64,000 nucleotides of DNA from Octopus sinensis (GCF_006345805.1 NC_043009.1:4464001-4528000), one strand, 5' to 3'; shown: positions 41,186-55,039, counted from the stretch's first letter. The notes: a model not told the origin generated them from the sequence alone. Made by a program: numbers and translations.

Positions 41186-42652
41186 CATAACCTTTAAATA
41201 ACAAAATAATTGTAGCTGGAATACGTTGGATTTTGAGTTTCCTTCACTAGCGTTGACCAAGAGGAAAGCAGTAATAAAAATTTTCTGTATGCTTAGTGAG
41301 GAAAGAAATCAATATATTTTGTATCTCTGTATAAAAATTAATAATTAAACTGCTGAAGTGGTAGACTACCCGACTAAATGTTTTGGCAGCATTTACATTA
41401 TAAATGTTAACATTAATTAACTTTCATTTTTGAGGTGGCAGACTCGTTATCGCATCAGGAGAATTATATTGGTGTTTTTAGTTACAACTTTTTAGGTTGT
41501 GACTTCAAATACTTTTCAGGTTTAACATCGCATTTCGCTTTCAAAATAAAGTAGCTGTCTAGTAATGGGATCAATATGATCGAATGTTCGTTTTTCCTTA
41601 ATCCCAGATTCTATGTTTATCTAATTAAACCAACATTAATACATCGTCCCGTTGATGATTTACTAAACATCAAAGTTAATGGTTTAGTTAATGATTAACT
41701 AAATATCAAAGAAGTATTCACCTAAAGTTAGTAAGAGATATTCAACCAGTTACAAGAATATCATTTAAGATTGATGCTTTATGCCTAAGAAAGCATTATT
41801 ATCGATTTTTGAAACAAGAAATCTTTTTGCTTCAGTTTTCACTTACACCATCCCAGACCACTTTCTGTGTAGTCTTTGTATTTCGTCCTTCGGAGTTCAA
41901 GTACGCGCAAAACAGAGTGGCAGTGTCGTTGAAAGAATGATCTATGTCCCGCCACCTGCTAAATATATCGCGATATATGGTAAAATACATCAATTCTAAA
42001 AAGAGCGTGTATGTGTTCGTGCGAGTCTGAAGAGGTGTCTGTGTGTGTGTGTATGTATGTGTATGTGTGTGTGCGTGTGTGTGTTAGAGGGAGAGAGAGA
42101 GAGAGAGAGAGAGTGTGTGTATGTGACTGCGTGTGTGTGTGCCGAGAAATAGTGAGAACTGACACAGAAAAAGAGAGGTATGGACTGGAATGAGGAAAAA
42201 GAGAGTGAGAAGTAGAAGGAGATGGTTATTCGTGATAAACACATATCAAGTTTAATAAATGTACATTTGGTATTATGGGATCATACATCAGGAATATCAT
42301 TAGTTCTATCTGGAACATTCCCTGAGTGACGTGACACGCAAACATACAACGGGCAATTTAACACTTGCTTGTGTCTCAAGACACACTCAGTGTTAAGACA
42401 ACGTATTACTTTCCTCGAGAAACACATGCTGTTATATTTGACAGCATCAACATAATTTGTACTTACATGTAGAATCATTTATAGAGCAATAATCGTATTG
42501 GATGCAGTAGGAGTAGTGAAAGCAGTAGTACTAGTAGTAGTAGGGATAAACACAGTGTAAGGCAGTTCGTAGTAGTAATAGTAGTAATGGTAATAGGGAT
42601 CAGAATACTATCAGCAAAACAACAACGATATAACTGCCATTGAATGGTCAAA

Positions 42653-42903
42653 TGTGGAGGCACATGGACTAGTTGTTTGAGCAGTGGACTCGCGGTCGGG
42701 GAACCGCAGGTTCGAATCTCAGACCGAGTGATGTGTGTTTTTATGAGCGAAACACCTAAACTCCACGCGGCTCCGGCAGACAGTAATGGCGAACTTTTGC
42801 TGACTTTTTCGCCCACAACTTTCTCTCACTTGTTCCAATGAAACCGGAAAACTGTCCCTTGTGGGCCAGGCATGGCTCGTGAAGGAACAAACAACAACAA
42901 TAA
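42653..42903 (+). mobile_element. SINE group D, diverged, short tail ending in (AAC)n
   Basis: tgtggaggcacatggactag..ggactcgcggtc..ggttcgaatctc; gagcgaaacacctaaactccacg. Confidence 0.8.
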
Positions 42904-43254
42904 CAAATGGTCAAATAGAATAACTTGCGAGATGTGTTCCAGCTCTCTGCTCTCTGAGATCAAAACTCGTCAAGGTAAAGTTTACCTTTTGTACTTTCGG
43001 TGTCGATGAAGTACCGATGAAGAGTTATGAATGAGTAGAGTTATAACAGCAGAAGCTGAAGAGGAATTGTAGTACTTGTTCCGATATTTTGCGCTCTCAT
43101 AGCAACGCCTTCGACGAAACTAGTGCCAAACTTTCTTGTCCGTTGTCCTTCCTTTAGACAAAATCGATGGCGGTGTGATGAACGGAGAAATACATGCAAG
43201 GGTAACTCATGATCTTCTTTAACAATAATAACAACAATAAAAATAATAATACTT

Positions 43255-43653
43255 TCGAATTTTGGCATAAGACTAGCAATTTCAAGGAGACTGATTTAAT
43301 CGATTACTTCGACACCTGCGCTTAACTGTTACTTATGTATCGACTTAGAATGGACAAAAAGCAAAGTCGACCGCGGCGACATTTGAACGTACATACTGAA
43401 GAAATGTCACTTGCCATATTGTCCGGTGTACCCGCCACGTTAAGATTTCAAATTATGGCACAAGGCCAGCAGTTTTTGAGGTAAAGGTAAATCGCTTACA
43501 ATCATCATACTACTCGACCAGTACATTATTTTCAAAAGGATAATAGGCGAAGTTGAGACCTCAGTGAGATTCAGAACTGTGAACGTTAAGAGCAGAAAGA
43601 ATGCCCACTACCCATATTATCCCATGCGCTAACGATTCTACTATATCGCCGCC
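43255..43653 (-). mobile_element. Two tandem diverged SINE group B copies
   Basis: ggcataagactagcaattt..gcaaagtcgaccgcggcgacatttgaac, then ggcacaaggccagcag..gacctcagtgagattcagaac. Confidence 0.75.
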
Positions 43654-43663
43654 TGTATGACTG

Positions 43664-43947
43664 GTATTCTGTCGGTTACAGCCTGGTCTTGAAATTGACG
43701 TACTAGTCGATGAGAAATTCACAGACACGTGTACGCTTAACGTAGTTCTCTGGAAGATTTAGCGCGACACGGAATATAAGGGTGGTCCTTTTGAATGACA
43801 GGTACAACTTAATTTTGCCAGCTGACTGCACTGGAGCAATGTAGAAAAAAGAAATTGCCTTGTACAGGGATAAAACGTGCCACCGAGAATCGAACTTAGG
43901 ATCTTACGATCGTGAGCCGAATACCGTTACCACTAAGCCACGCGCCT
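43664..43947 (-). mobile_element. SINE group A variant (25983-type), diverged
   Basis: ccactaagccacgcgcct head end; ttttgccagctgactgcactggagcaa CORE-like block. Confidence 0.8.
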
Positions 43948-44005
43948 TAAGCTTTGCATTGGAGACTAACTTCCACCCTATAGAACCAAAATTTACACAT
44001 TTCAT

Positions 44006-44061
<56 letters not shown>

Positions 44062-44590
44062 AGAAGTAGTAGTAGTAACAGCAGCAACGTTAGTTTAAAC
44101 GTGTACAAATGTGTACATACTAATTTTCCCGAGAAACAAAAAAAAAGAAACAAAAAACAAAAGACACTCATATGAATTTATAGATACACGCTCACCTACA
44201 CACAGAGACACAGGTAGAGAGAACCATACACACACACACACACACATATCTGAAGTATAACCACGCATGTACAAACAATGTCGGAATTGGCAACACGTCA
44301 TAGCGTGACAATTTGCAAAAGGGTAAAATAACTTATTAAGTTCACATCAGAGCACCAGAATTGGCACAACTCACTCACATCAACGCACAAACTGATACAC
44401 ACACATAAACACAAATACACAGACATACACACACACACACACACACACACATACGTGCACACACATACACAGGCACATAGATATTATGGCCTGACTACAG
44501 TCGGGTAGCTGCTGACGTATATGTGTGTGTGAGTGTGTGTGCATGTATGTATATACACATACAGAAACACACACACACATATATATACGC

Positions 44591-44667
<77 letters not shown>

Positions 44668-45013
44668 CATGCACACATATATGTACATAAGCAAACATAC
44701 ATATACATACTATCTATAGCGCGCAAATATATGTGCACACAGACAATATGAGAACACGTTACTCGTGCTACTTTCATCTAGGCTTACTAGAAATATCTGT
44801 CAAATGTTGGTGAATTACTCTTTTGTAAATGGAAGGTCCTTTGATGGAGGGTGAAACTGTTATTTTAATGGTTTTAAATCGTATTCCTTGTTGATTCATA
44901 GTTAAGCCTCAACATTACTATAAAACATTTTGCCGCATGCAGCTTTATGAGCTTGGCCGTCACTCGCAAGCGAGTTTGACCTGGTACTCGCGTTCGTTAA
45001 CTGTATTGCGTAC

Positions 45014-45063
45014 CTGTGTTGTTCTTCCACCTTTGATCCAGCAGTACATCGCGTATGTGACAG
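45014..45063 (-). other. Candidate exon (50 nt)
   Basis: Acceptor tctttctatctccag (tract supplied by the (TATC)n repeat); donor CAG|gtacgc; all frames open. Confidence 0.15.
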
Positions 45064-45066
45064 CTG

Positions 45067-45071
45067 GAGAT

Positions 45072-45160
<89 letters not shown>
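45067..45160. repeat. (AGAT)n microsatellite
   Basis: Direct reading. Confidence 0.95.
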
Positions 45161-45221
45161 CGCAGGGGGAGAGGGAGAGAGAGAGAGGGGTGCATAAGTA
45201 CTAGAGCGGTACTCATCTACA

Positions 45222-45345
45222 GGTGGGCAAACTAGAGTGACCTGAAATTTGGTGCTTTAGTCAAGATCGCAATGCATCACCGCGTCTAGGAATCGAACCC
45301 TCGACCTCATCGTCATGAATCAATACCCTAACGACTAGACCTCGC
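45222..45345 (-). mobile_element. Decayed tRNA-like SINE head (group A-related)
   Basis: aggaatcgaaccctcgacctc..cctaacgactagacctcgc is a reverse-complemented A/B-box head. Confidence 0.55.
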
Positions 45346-45360
45346 AGGATCTCATATATA

Positions 45361-46180
45361 CACTTGAACAAACTAATGTAATAGCAGTGGCATTCATGTA
45401 CACATTAATATAATAAAGCACGTTTTTCACATGATGACACCTATGTACACATTGATAAATACATTTACACACCTGCACACACTAACATAGTAATGACACC
45501 CGTGTACTCTAATGATAAAATGAGGCAAAATCGTACATATGTACACACAGATCAAGTGACAATAACGCACATATGCAAGGTAATACGTAAAGGCAGCCAC
45601 ACTCTACAGTTATGCTCATGTATACGCTAATGTATTGGTACATAGTCACATTCATGTACTTAATAATATACTAATATATCTCCACATATGTACACATTTT
45701 ATATAATACACGCAACACAGTGACATGCAAGTAGACACAATATAATACAACTCCAGTCATGTTCGCACTAATATAGGAACATATTCACAAACACATATAG
45801 AAAGTAACATACTAAAATATATTACCACGCATATACACACTTATACAATAAACACAACACAATCACACACAACTGTAATCACTAATACATGTACACACTA
45901 AGGCAGTGAAGCAGTCATATCCATGTATACACTTAATGTAAGGCAGTGAAACACATGTTCACACCAATATAATAACACATCCCCGTACATGTACACACTT
46001 ATATAATAAATAGAATACTGTACACAGTAATAAAATAAAGAATACCACACACACATAAACAGACATACACATGTATGCATTCATATAATAAAAACAGTTC
46101 CCAACCCCCGATACATCACACCAACATGTACACAATAATAAAACACAGTCAAAACCATGTATACACTAATAATAAAAGAT
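45361..46180. repeat. Irregular degenerate array of about 20 CATGTACACAC/TTAATATAATAA-like cores with variable spacers
   Basis: Cores at, for example, 45395, 45888, 45922, 45954, 45988, 46125 and 46156. Confidence 0.8.
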
Positions 46181-46626
46181 GCAAATAAATTAATACATTA
46201 ACTCAACACATTTCCATTTGTGTGATAACATTTCTTTGGAATCTTCTGTAAAATCCAAAGCTAGCTAGATTTAGTACCGTAGTAGGGAGTGAGAGAGGGA
46301 AGGAGGTGTAATTTAGTATGTTGTTCTTGTTTGTTGTTGTTAATACTGTAGAAGTAGTTTGTTTGTTTGTTTGTTTGTTTGTTGTTGGTTCTGTTGTTAG
46401 GAAGGAGTTATAGGACCATGAGAGATGCAAATTGGTGAAAATGAGAGTTCATGTTAAACAGTATGCCGCATTAATCTCAAGGGAAATCACAAAGCAATGG
46501 AGACATAAATACCCCATTCACGCCAACACCATTCACCATAATACAACATAATACCATGCACACATACACATAACGAATACAAAAGGAACGAAGATGATAC
46601 CAACAAAAATAAATTACAAAAATGAC

Positions 46627-46663
<37 letters not shown>

Positions 46664-47716
46664 GAATACTTAATGTATAAACCTCTAAACATACACACAT
46701 ACATATGGTCACACAAAAGCATGCATGTATAAACACACATACTCACATATATATACATGACCGTGTTATATTGTATAAAAGATTTTACTTCTCTCTTCTT
46801 CAGCGACCAGAGACTGTAGTGCCCCCTCACGGCATTTTAATGCTTAAGGATGAGAAGACAGGGAAAAATACAAAAAAAAAAACGAAATAATGAATATAAA
46901 ATGTAAAAAAATAAACATAAAAATGGCCACGTCTTTGTCATTACCTCTCACCTTTTTGTGTTGTGATCTCCCTTGGTTTACTTTTTTTTCACATCTCTTC
47001 TCTGTGTGTGTATGTGTGTGTAGTAGCTTGTTTACTTTTGTACGTGTTTATTACTAGTTTTTTTTTTGTTGTATCGGAAGAGGGAGGACTCCACTTAGTT
47101 TTACTACCGTTAATAGTGCTACAGATGGATATAATTCCCAGGATGGTAAAAGATTTGTTGCTGCCTTGCTGCCTATAACAATGCAATCAGTCCTCACACG
47201 ATACACATTTCTATATGTTCTACTGTTTTTTTCCCTTCTGTTCTTTATTCTTTGTTAAAACATTTTTCCTTTTTCTTTCAAATTTCCCTTTTTGTTTTAT
47301 TTTCCCGCAGTTATTTATAGATGGAAAGATATATTAGGATATTTTTCATAATTTTTATTTTAAATACCCTTGCTTCTTTTTATTTTTTCTTCTTCTTTAT
47401 TCCACTTCTCAACAAAATATTTTTGCCCATTCTCCTATTCTTATATGAAATCTAGCTATTTATATTAATAATCCTAGCAAGATATAGAACTGGGTTTAAT
47501 ATATGCTATTTGTACATTGTTTTAATATGTTTTAGTATATTTGGCTATACATTGTTACTTTTCTTCGTACGGTAAGATTTTATATAACTTCAATATATTG
47601 CCATTTCTACATTCAGTTCCCATTGCTATTCAAAGACTATCGCATCATTCTCCCTAACGGACGCAAAAGAAATAGAGATTATTATTATTATATTATTATT
47701 ATTATTATTATTATTA

Positions 47717-47747
<31 letters not shown>

Positions 47748-47768
47748 GTTATTATTAGTAGTAGTATT

Positions 47769-48280
47769 GCGGCGAGATGGCAGAATCGTTAGAGCGCTGG
47801 ATGAAATGCTCAGTGGTGTTTCACCCGTCGCTACGTTCTAAGTTCAAATTCCGCCGAGGTCGACTTTGCCTTTCATCCTCTGGGAACTGATAAAATAAAT
47901 AGCAGTTGAGCACTTGGGTCAATGGCATCGACTAACCTCTCTCCGTGAAATTCCTGCAAGCCAGCGATCTGGCAGAGACGTTAGCACGTCGGGACAAATG
48001 CTTAGCGTCTTTACGTTCTGAGTTCAAATGCCACCGGGATCGACTTTGTCCTTTATACCTTCGGCGTCTGTGAAATAAGTATCAGCTGAGCACAGTGAGA
48101 CGGTAAATCGGCAGAATACCTGGAAATATAGTTCGGTTTGAGTTCAATTTCACTGAGGACGACAGTGTCTTTCTATGTTTTTTCCGGTGTCAATAATAAG
48201 TACTAGCCCAGAACCGGGTATCATAGTATCGATTCCCTCCACCCTTCAAATTACTGGCCTTGTAAATAATTTAGAAAAAG
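47769..48280 (+). mobile_element. Three tandem SINE group B copies of increasing divergence
   Basis: Heads at about 47769, 47962 and 48098, each followed by a gttcaa(a)t B-box-like motif. Confidence 0.85.
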
Positions 48281-48303
48281 AAACATAGCTGATTCAAGCT
48301 CTC

Positions 48304-48522
48304 ATGTTCTTTCTACTATAAGCACAAGGCCTGACATTTTGGAAGGACTGGGATTGTCGATTATATCGACCCCAGCACTCAACTGGTACTTAATCTATCG
48401 ATCCCGAAAGGCTGAAAGGTAAAGTTGACCTCGGCGGAATTTGAACTCACAACGTAACGGCAGACAGAATACCACTTAGCATTTCGCCCGGCGTTCTAAC
48501 TATTCTCCCAGCCCGTCGCCTT
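48304..48522 (-). mobile_element. SINE group B, full length with 11-bp TSD
   Basis: ttcaagctctc at 48293-48303 and 48523-48533. Confidence 0.92.
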
Positions 48523-48572
48523 TTCAAGCTCTCGTATCACCGAATTCATAAACAAGATTTCGTTCCCCTTAC

Positions 48573-48661
48573 TTTATATTTTCAACTGCATTTTTCCTTC
48601 TAACGTTTTCATGAAACACTCGGCCTCAGCGTAGTTGTCTTGTCCTTCCTCAGTTATACTG
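48573..48661 (-). other. Candidate exon (89 nt)
   Basis: Acceptor catttttctttgtag (NAGNAG gtagcag); donor AAA|gtaagg; frame SITEEGQDNYAEAECFMKTLEGKMQLKI* stops just before the donor. Confidence 0.2.
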
Positions 48662-49366
48662 CTACAAAGAAAAATGCTAGTTATTGAGTTAGACTGAAGT
48701 AGAGATTGAAACTGGGAAAGGGACTCATACAATGCAAAAACTAATAATGAGAGCGCATATTTCTTGAGTATATCCATTTAGCCTTTTAGTTACTTAGAGA
48801 CACTGGATTGTTTATGCCGGGGCACTTCCTTCAAAATTTGTTGCCGACATATAGATTTTAAATCACTATGATTGAAAACATTCATCAACAGCAATAGCAG
48901 TATTTCCTGAAACAGCTGTAACGATAAACACACGTGTATTTAAAAAAATATAAAGGTCTAAATACAAACGCTAACATGAGCTCCTACGTTGGTACGAAAG
49001 TTCAGCATATAGATTCTATTGGAGTAAATCCCTTCTCAAACATTTGATCGAATCAAAGTTACATTTCATGATTCTAACTGATAAAAAGGATTGAACTCGA
49101 AAAACGACGTTGTGAAACAAACTTCCGAGAAATCCAACCAATTTCTGCGTGCGCACGCCCACACATGTCCGCGCGCACATATTGAGTAATACAAACATGA
49201 AAATAGAATTCAAAGCATGAGTATATACGTTTATACATAATCGAGAGAATGACTCAGCGGCTGAGAGTTTCGTCAGCTGATAAGTACCAACAGACGAAGG
49301 TCTTAGCCCTTGAGCCACTCTGTAGTACTTCCCGATTTTAAACAAAAGATCTATCTATCTATCTAC

Positions 49367-49472
<106 letters not shown>

Positions 49473-49559
49473 ATCTAGAGAGATAGATAGATATATAGAG
49501 ATGAAGAGAGAGAGAGAGAGAGAGAGCGAAAAACAAAGAGAGGTGGAGAGAGATGTGCT

Positions 49560-49591
<32 letters not shown>

Positions 49592-50357
49592 CGTGTGTGT
49601 GTGTGTAGACGCTATGTATGTCAATCTATCACTTGACTTATGCTGATAAAAAGCTCTTTGGGAAACCTCTTAATCAGAAGTTGATTGAAGTATCTCATCA
49701 TGAAACATCAAGTGACACCATCCCTTGAAATTGATATTTATCGCAGCATCATTCAGTCCTCACAATAGCAATGGACAAAACTGAAGTGAAGAATCGAAGA
49801 TACACACACACACACACGCGCGCGCATATTTACAATTTACATAAGTGTATAAATATACGTACTAACACGCAGATATATAGCCACACAACGCACATACACA
49901 GACACCCCTACACACACACACACACACACACACATGAGTTTGTGTGTATGCGTGTGTGTGTTAATATGCATGATAAGTTATAACCTCAAGCACAAAATGA
50001 CACATGTCTGTGTATGTGTGTGTGTGGGTGTGCAAATGAGTTAAAGCTGTGACTAGGGTGATATGTGATGGTTTGTTTTCGTACCTCTAATACCGAGCCC
50101 AAACGTCGGCATTAGTAAAATCTTACTTTTCTTGTATGGATTTACGGAACAAAAACCCTTCCAGTATTTCCTTCGGAACTTTGTCCTCTGATTTTACCTT
50201 CCATAAAACTAGCACAGACAGGACATTTGACCCTTTGGACAATTTACTGTTGGTCTTCCATAAAAGAAGACAAAAGATATAGGTTTATTGAAAATTATTT
50301 TAGGTGCGTATCATCCCATGATATATACGGGCCTCTGATATATATATATATATATAT

Positions 50358-50416
<59 letters not shown>

Positions 50417-50489
50417 TATAGATATAGACATATATATATAGACATATATATAGACATAGATAGATAGATAGATAGATTAGCCATGATAG

Positions 50490-50673
50490 ATCGCTAGCCA
50501 CTACACATTCTTTATTTTTCTCTCCTTGTTTCTTTCTGTGTTCCTTTCTGTGGAAGAGCGTAGGCTCGAAACGTTAAAGACTTTTTCACTTCCCGAGCGT
50601 TATACTAATACATCTGTTTGTTGTCTACACCACCTGTCTTTGTCTTTTGTTTTGTTTTTGTGAATTATCCCCC

Positions 50674-50680
<7 letters not shown>
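50490..50680 (+). mobile_element. Repeat family E (subfamily 1) with hammerhead-like motif at 50544-50579
   Basis: cttt-CTGTGGA-a-gagcgtaggctc-GAAA-c-GTT-aaag; flanked by (GATA)n and (TA)n. Confidence 0.75.
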
Positions 50681-50712
<32 letters not shown>

Positions 50713-51204
50713 CACATACACTTTCTTTGAGTGGTGTATTTATACTTCCTGTTTATACCTCCTGTTGTTTTAATGTGCATCACTCAAACACACAAACACA
50801 AACGTGTATATATTTGTGTAAGTTTAGAAATAGATCCATATATGAACACAAATGACCAAGTCAAAACAGGGTGTAACTATTAGTTTGTCGCCCAATTAAT
50901 AATTTAGAAAATAGAGCTGGCTTTGATGTTTCGCGTTATGTCCTTTCTTCAAGAAAGGATATAGTTATAAAGGGGGTAAGAAAGATGTAAACCTACACCT
51001 ACAAAACACATAAACATACATGATAGTTGATCGTTGTACAAAATCATTGGAACATCGAATCGATTGCATCGGAATAATCTTTCCGGCTCTCTGAGCTCCG
51101 AGTTGAAATATTTGTTTTGATTTGATTTTTTTCCGGAGTCAATACAATTACCAGTAATGTTCGGCGAGCCATTTATATATTTATTTCCCTATCTCACTCC
51201 GCCT

Positions 51205-51215
51205 CCATCTCTCTC

Positions 51216-51267
<52 letters not shown>

Positions 51268-51347
51268 TCTCTCTGTGTCTCTCTGTCTCTGTCTCTGTCT
51301 GTCTGTTTGTCTGTCTATGTCTGTCTGTCTGTCTCTCTCTCTCTCTC

Positions 51348-51378
<31 letters not shown>
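51205..51378. repeat. (CT)n/(CTGT)n microsatellite
   Basis: Direct reading. Confidence 0.95.
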
Positions 51379-52029
51379 TGAAACTGCTCGGCAATCATAA
51401 GGGTTTTGAGTGAAATAGTTTCTACCATGTCTAAGAAGAAAAATATCACAGAAACAACGTATTATATAATGGTGCATCTACGACTCCAGAATAAAATAAG
51501 ACCCAAAGCATTACACTGTGTGTGTGGATGTGTGTGTGTTTGAATTACTGTTAGTATATGACACGGAGACAAAACCAAATAGAAAGGAAATGCAACCATG
51601 AAAGATTTAAAGAATGATAAATTGGTGGTGCATCTTATGTAGAATAATTACGTCGTGTTAGGTACCACTGGTTGTTCTCGTACCGGTGCATATTCCGAAT
51701 TCCGACCTCCTTAAGGCTGGTCGGTACTGCGTTTCTGTTGTTGAAATAGAAGAGGCAATACGTAATTATACGAACATAGATGGAAATAAATAAATAAAAG
51801 TATAAGGAAAATATAAAGCGAATCGTACATAATTATAATTCGCTTAGATGCACACAAATCAATACCTCTCTCACCCCCTCTCTCTTTCTCACTCCTCCCC
51901 TTTTCTCTCTTTCTCTCTCTCTGGGACGTCCTCAACTCCTTGAAAAGCATACAAAATTATATATACACACACAGATACATCTGTGTATATATGTATATAT
52001 ATATGTATGCATGTATATAAATAATAATA

Positions 52030-52073
<44 letters not shown>

Positions 52074-52671
52074 GTAATAATAATAATAATGATAATAATA
52101 ATAATAACAATAATAATAATCATAATGTGCATGCATATGTAATAGAATTGATTTTCATGTAGAGAAAAAAAACGAGTAAATCTAAATACAAATGAAAAAA
52201 TATATATGAAAGAGACACTAATTCTTCTCAAGGAGATAACCTTCCATCTCTCGACTAGTACAACAACAACAAGAAAATCAACAGCAGCAATAAAGCCATC
52301 AATAGCAACAGCAACAACAACAAATCATATATCGATGATAATAATGATAAAATAATAATATTAATAGTAATAATAATTCAGTAGAAACAAAGCGAAATGT
52401 CAATAAAAAATATATTAGGAATATTAAGAAGAAAAATAGTGAATGAAAACCCAAATAAAAAGTAAAGTAAATGAAAATAATATGTATGTAGATAGATAGA
52501 CAGACAGACAGGCAAACAAGCATACACACATATATATATATACATTACTATTGATTAGGATACAATTTCGATTAAGCTTTACATGAGATATCACAAACAT
52601 ATCCATATCCATATGCATTTGTGTATGTGTGTGCAATACATACATATATGTACGCATGTGTGATGCGTGTG

Positions 52672-52814
<143 letters not shown>

Positions 52815-53408
52815 ATATGTATGTAAGTATGTATGTAAGTATAGAGAGAACAATGTCTACACATTTGTATTTAAATATATATACACTTAAATATCTATAT
52901 GTCTGTTTGTGTGTGTATATGTATGTTTGCATGTATATATGTATGTGCACATATGTATCATGTAGGTATGTATGTGTATGTTCAATATATATGTGTGTGT
53001 GTGTGTATAGGCATAAACTATGTAATGAAATGTGTTAAGTCAGATATACAAGCACATGAGTGCGTCTTATAAATTGGTTCATTAAAATCTCTTTATCTAA
53101 CCTTTTTTTTTCTTTCTCTCTAAGCTTGGCAAACAGCCACCTCTTTCGTTGCATTTCTTATATGGACAAAATAGTAATAAAAAAAAAACACTACAAGACA
53201 AAAACATAAAAAAAACATCAAAATCTAAAAAAAAAATTTACATTAAATATAAAGCAACAACAACTACAGCAACAACCACAACATCCAAATCTACGATGAT
53301 CGCCCTTCAAGTATGAACGGCAGCGAAAACGATGATGATGTTTATGGAAATAATAAAAGCAACAACAACGACAACAATAATACTAACAACATTTGCTTAT
53401 TATTAGAG

Positions 53409-53460
<52 letters not shown>

Positions 53461-54051
53461 ATTACTATTATTATTATTATCTATGAGAAATTTCGACCGC
53501 ACTTAGCTATCTAAATTACTGGAGAATTGTTTATAAAAAAACAGATCTCATATACCAAAAATTGTCTCGGACGTTGGTGTATGTTTTTTGCTTTTTTGTT
53601 TGTTTGTCTGTTTTTGTTGTTTTCTTTCGTTTGTAAAAAAAAAACATACACTTCTGTGTGAATACACACACATTTAGATGAACACATTCAAATTTCTCTT
53701 GATGATAATATTTGCGTACGTTTGAATTCACTTCATATTATCATTACGTATGTAAGTGTAATGAGGTATACGTTATGTTGGATGTCTAAGTAGACACACA
53801 TGTAGGACTACACACAGTCATGCGTTCATACATGTATGTATGAATGTATGTATATATGTGTGATGGACTCGCCTGCTGTAAACAACACATGGTGATTCTG
53901 CAAATACTTGCTGAACTTCTTGCATAGCTAAGTTGTTTATAGGGCTCAAAAGATTGTGTTGTAGGTTATTTCACACACTACATGAAGTAAACAAACCCGT
54001 ACAGGAAGGTGCACGGTTTACCACTAGTCACGTGTCGAAGTGATCGCCGAT

Positions 54052-54155
54052 CAACGTGTTTTGCCCAAGAACACAATACAACACAACACCTGATCCGGGA
54101 ATCGAAACAGCGATCTTGTGATCGTGATTTTATTACCGTGACCACTACGCCACGC
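54052..54155 (-). mobile_element. SINE group A head fragment
   Basis: gttttgcccaagaacacaa..ccgggaatcgaaac..accactacgccacgc. Confidence 0.7.
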
Positions 54156-55039
54156 AACTCTCTTTATGTATACACGCATACATCTACAAATATATTCGTA
54201 TGCATATATAAATACTTATGCGCGCATATGTGCACTTATATTTATATGCATTATATTTATCTAACCGTGGGTTTGCGTGTGTATGTGTGTGTATGTGTGT
54301 GCCGTGTGTGTGTATACTTGCATAATCATGCAGAGAACAGTTCGTAGTTTGTAAGGAAATCTAGGCGTAGTTCAACTTGTTTTCGAATCTAGCTACACTA
54401 CGGGATTAATTTCATTCCGCTCGTCTGCACTTTGTGTGTTTGTCGCTTTGTCTCCCTCTCTCTCTTCTTCTGTCCTCCTATTCACATATTCCCTCGATAG
54501 CAGATAATACTAGAGATATACGACCGTAGGTGAATTCCATGGAAAAAGGACAATGCATGTGTACTCGACTTAGCAGAAAATACGATGGTTTTATTAATCG
54601 ACCCAGACAGTTATTTTAGCAGTGCGTTTACAGAAAAATGCCAACACCGTATTCTCTCCTTGCATTGTTTTCTATTCTATTCAATACGTACTCAAGCAAC
54701 TTCTCGCTCGTAGACATTACATCACTACCCCGATCTCATTGCCACCTCCAACATCACCACCAACGCCAACACCAACGCCGCCACCTCTACACTGACCCTC
54801 ATCACCTCCACTGTTACTATAACCATGTGTCGAGACGAAACGTTCCTGTCATTTAAGAACTCGAAATGCAATCGATCGAAAACAATGTCTCAGGCGTCAG
54901 CCTCAAAACAATATTCTCTCGATTCATTCTTTGACCACACCAAAACATTTTAACCTTTGTCTCTTTACGGTTATTTACACTGAGATATTGAAACATGCAG
55001 GAATGTGCCTGTGAGACCATTGAATAAGACGCTCTCCGA

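Noticed and set aside
45361-46180. CRISPR interpretation of the core/spacer array
   Set aside because: Eukaryotic context, cores not identical, spacing irregular, no cas genes or leader.
49140-49270. Possible promoter/enhancer (tgcgtgcgca, TGACTCA at 49250-49256, ctcagc-g-gctgag hairpin)
   Set aside because: Short motifs are expected by chance; no TSS evidence.
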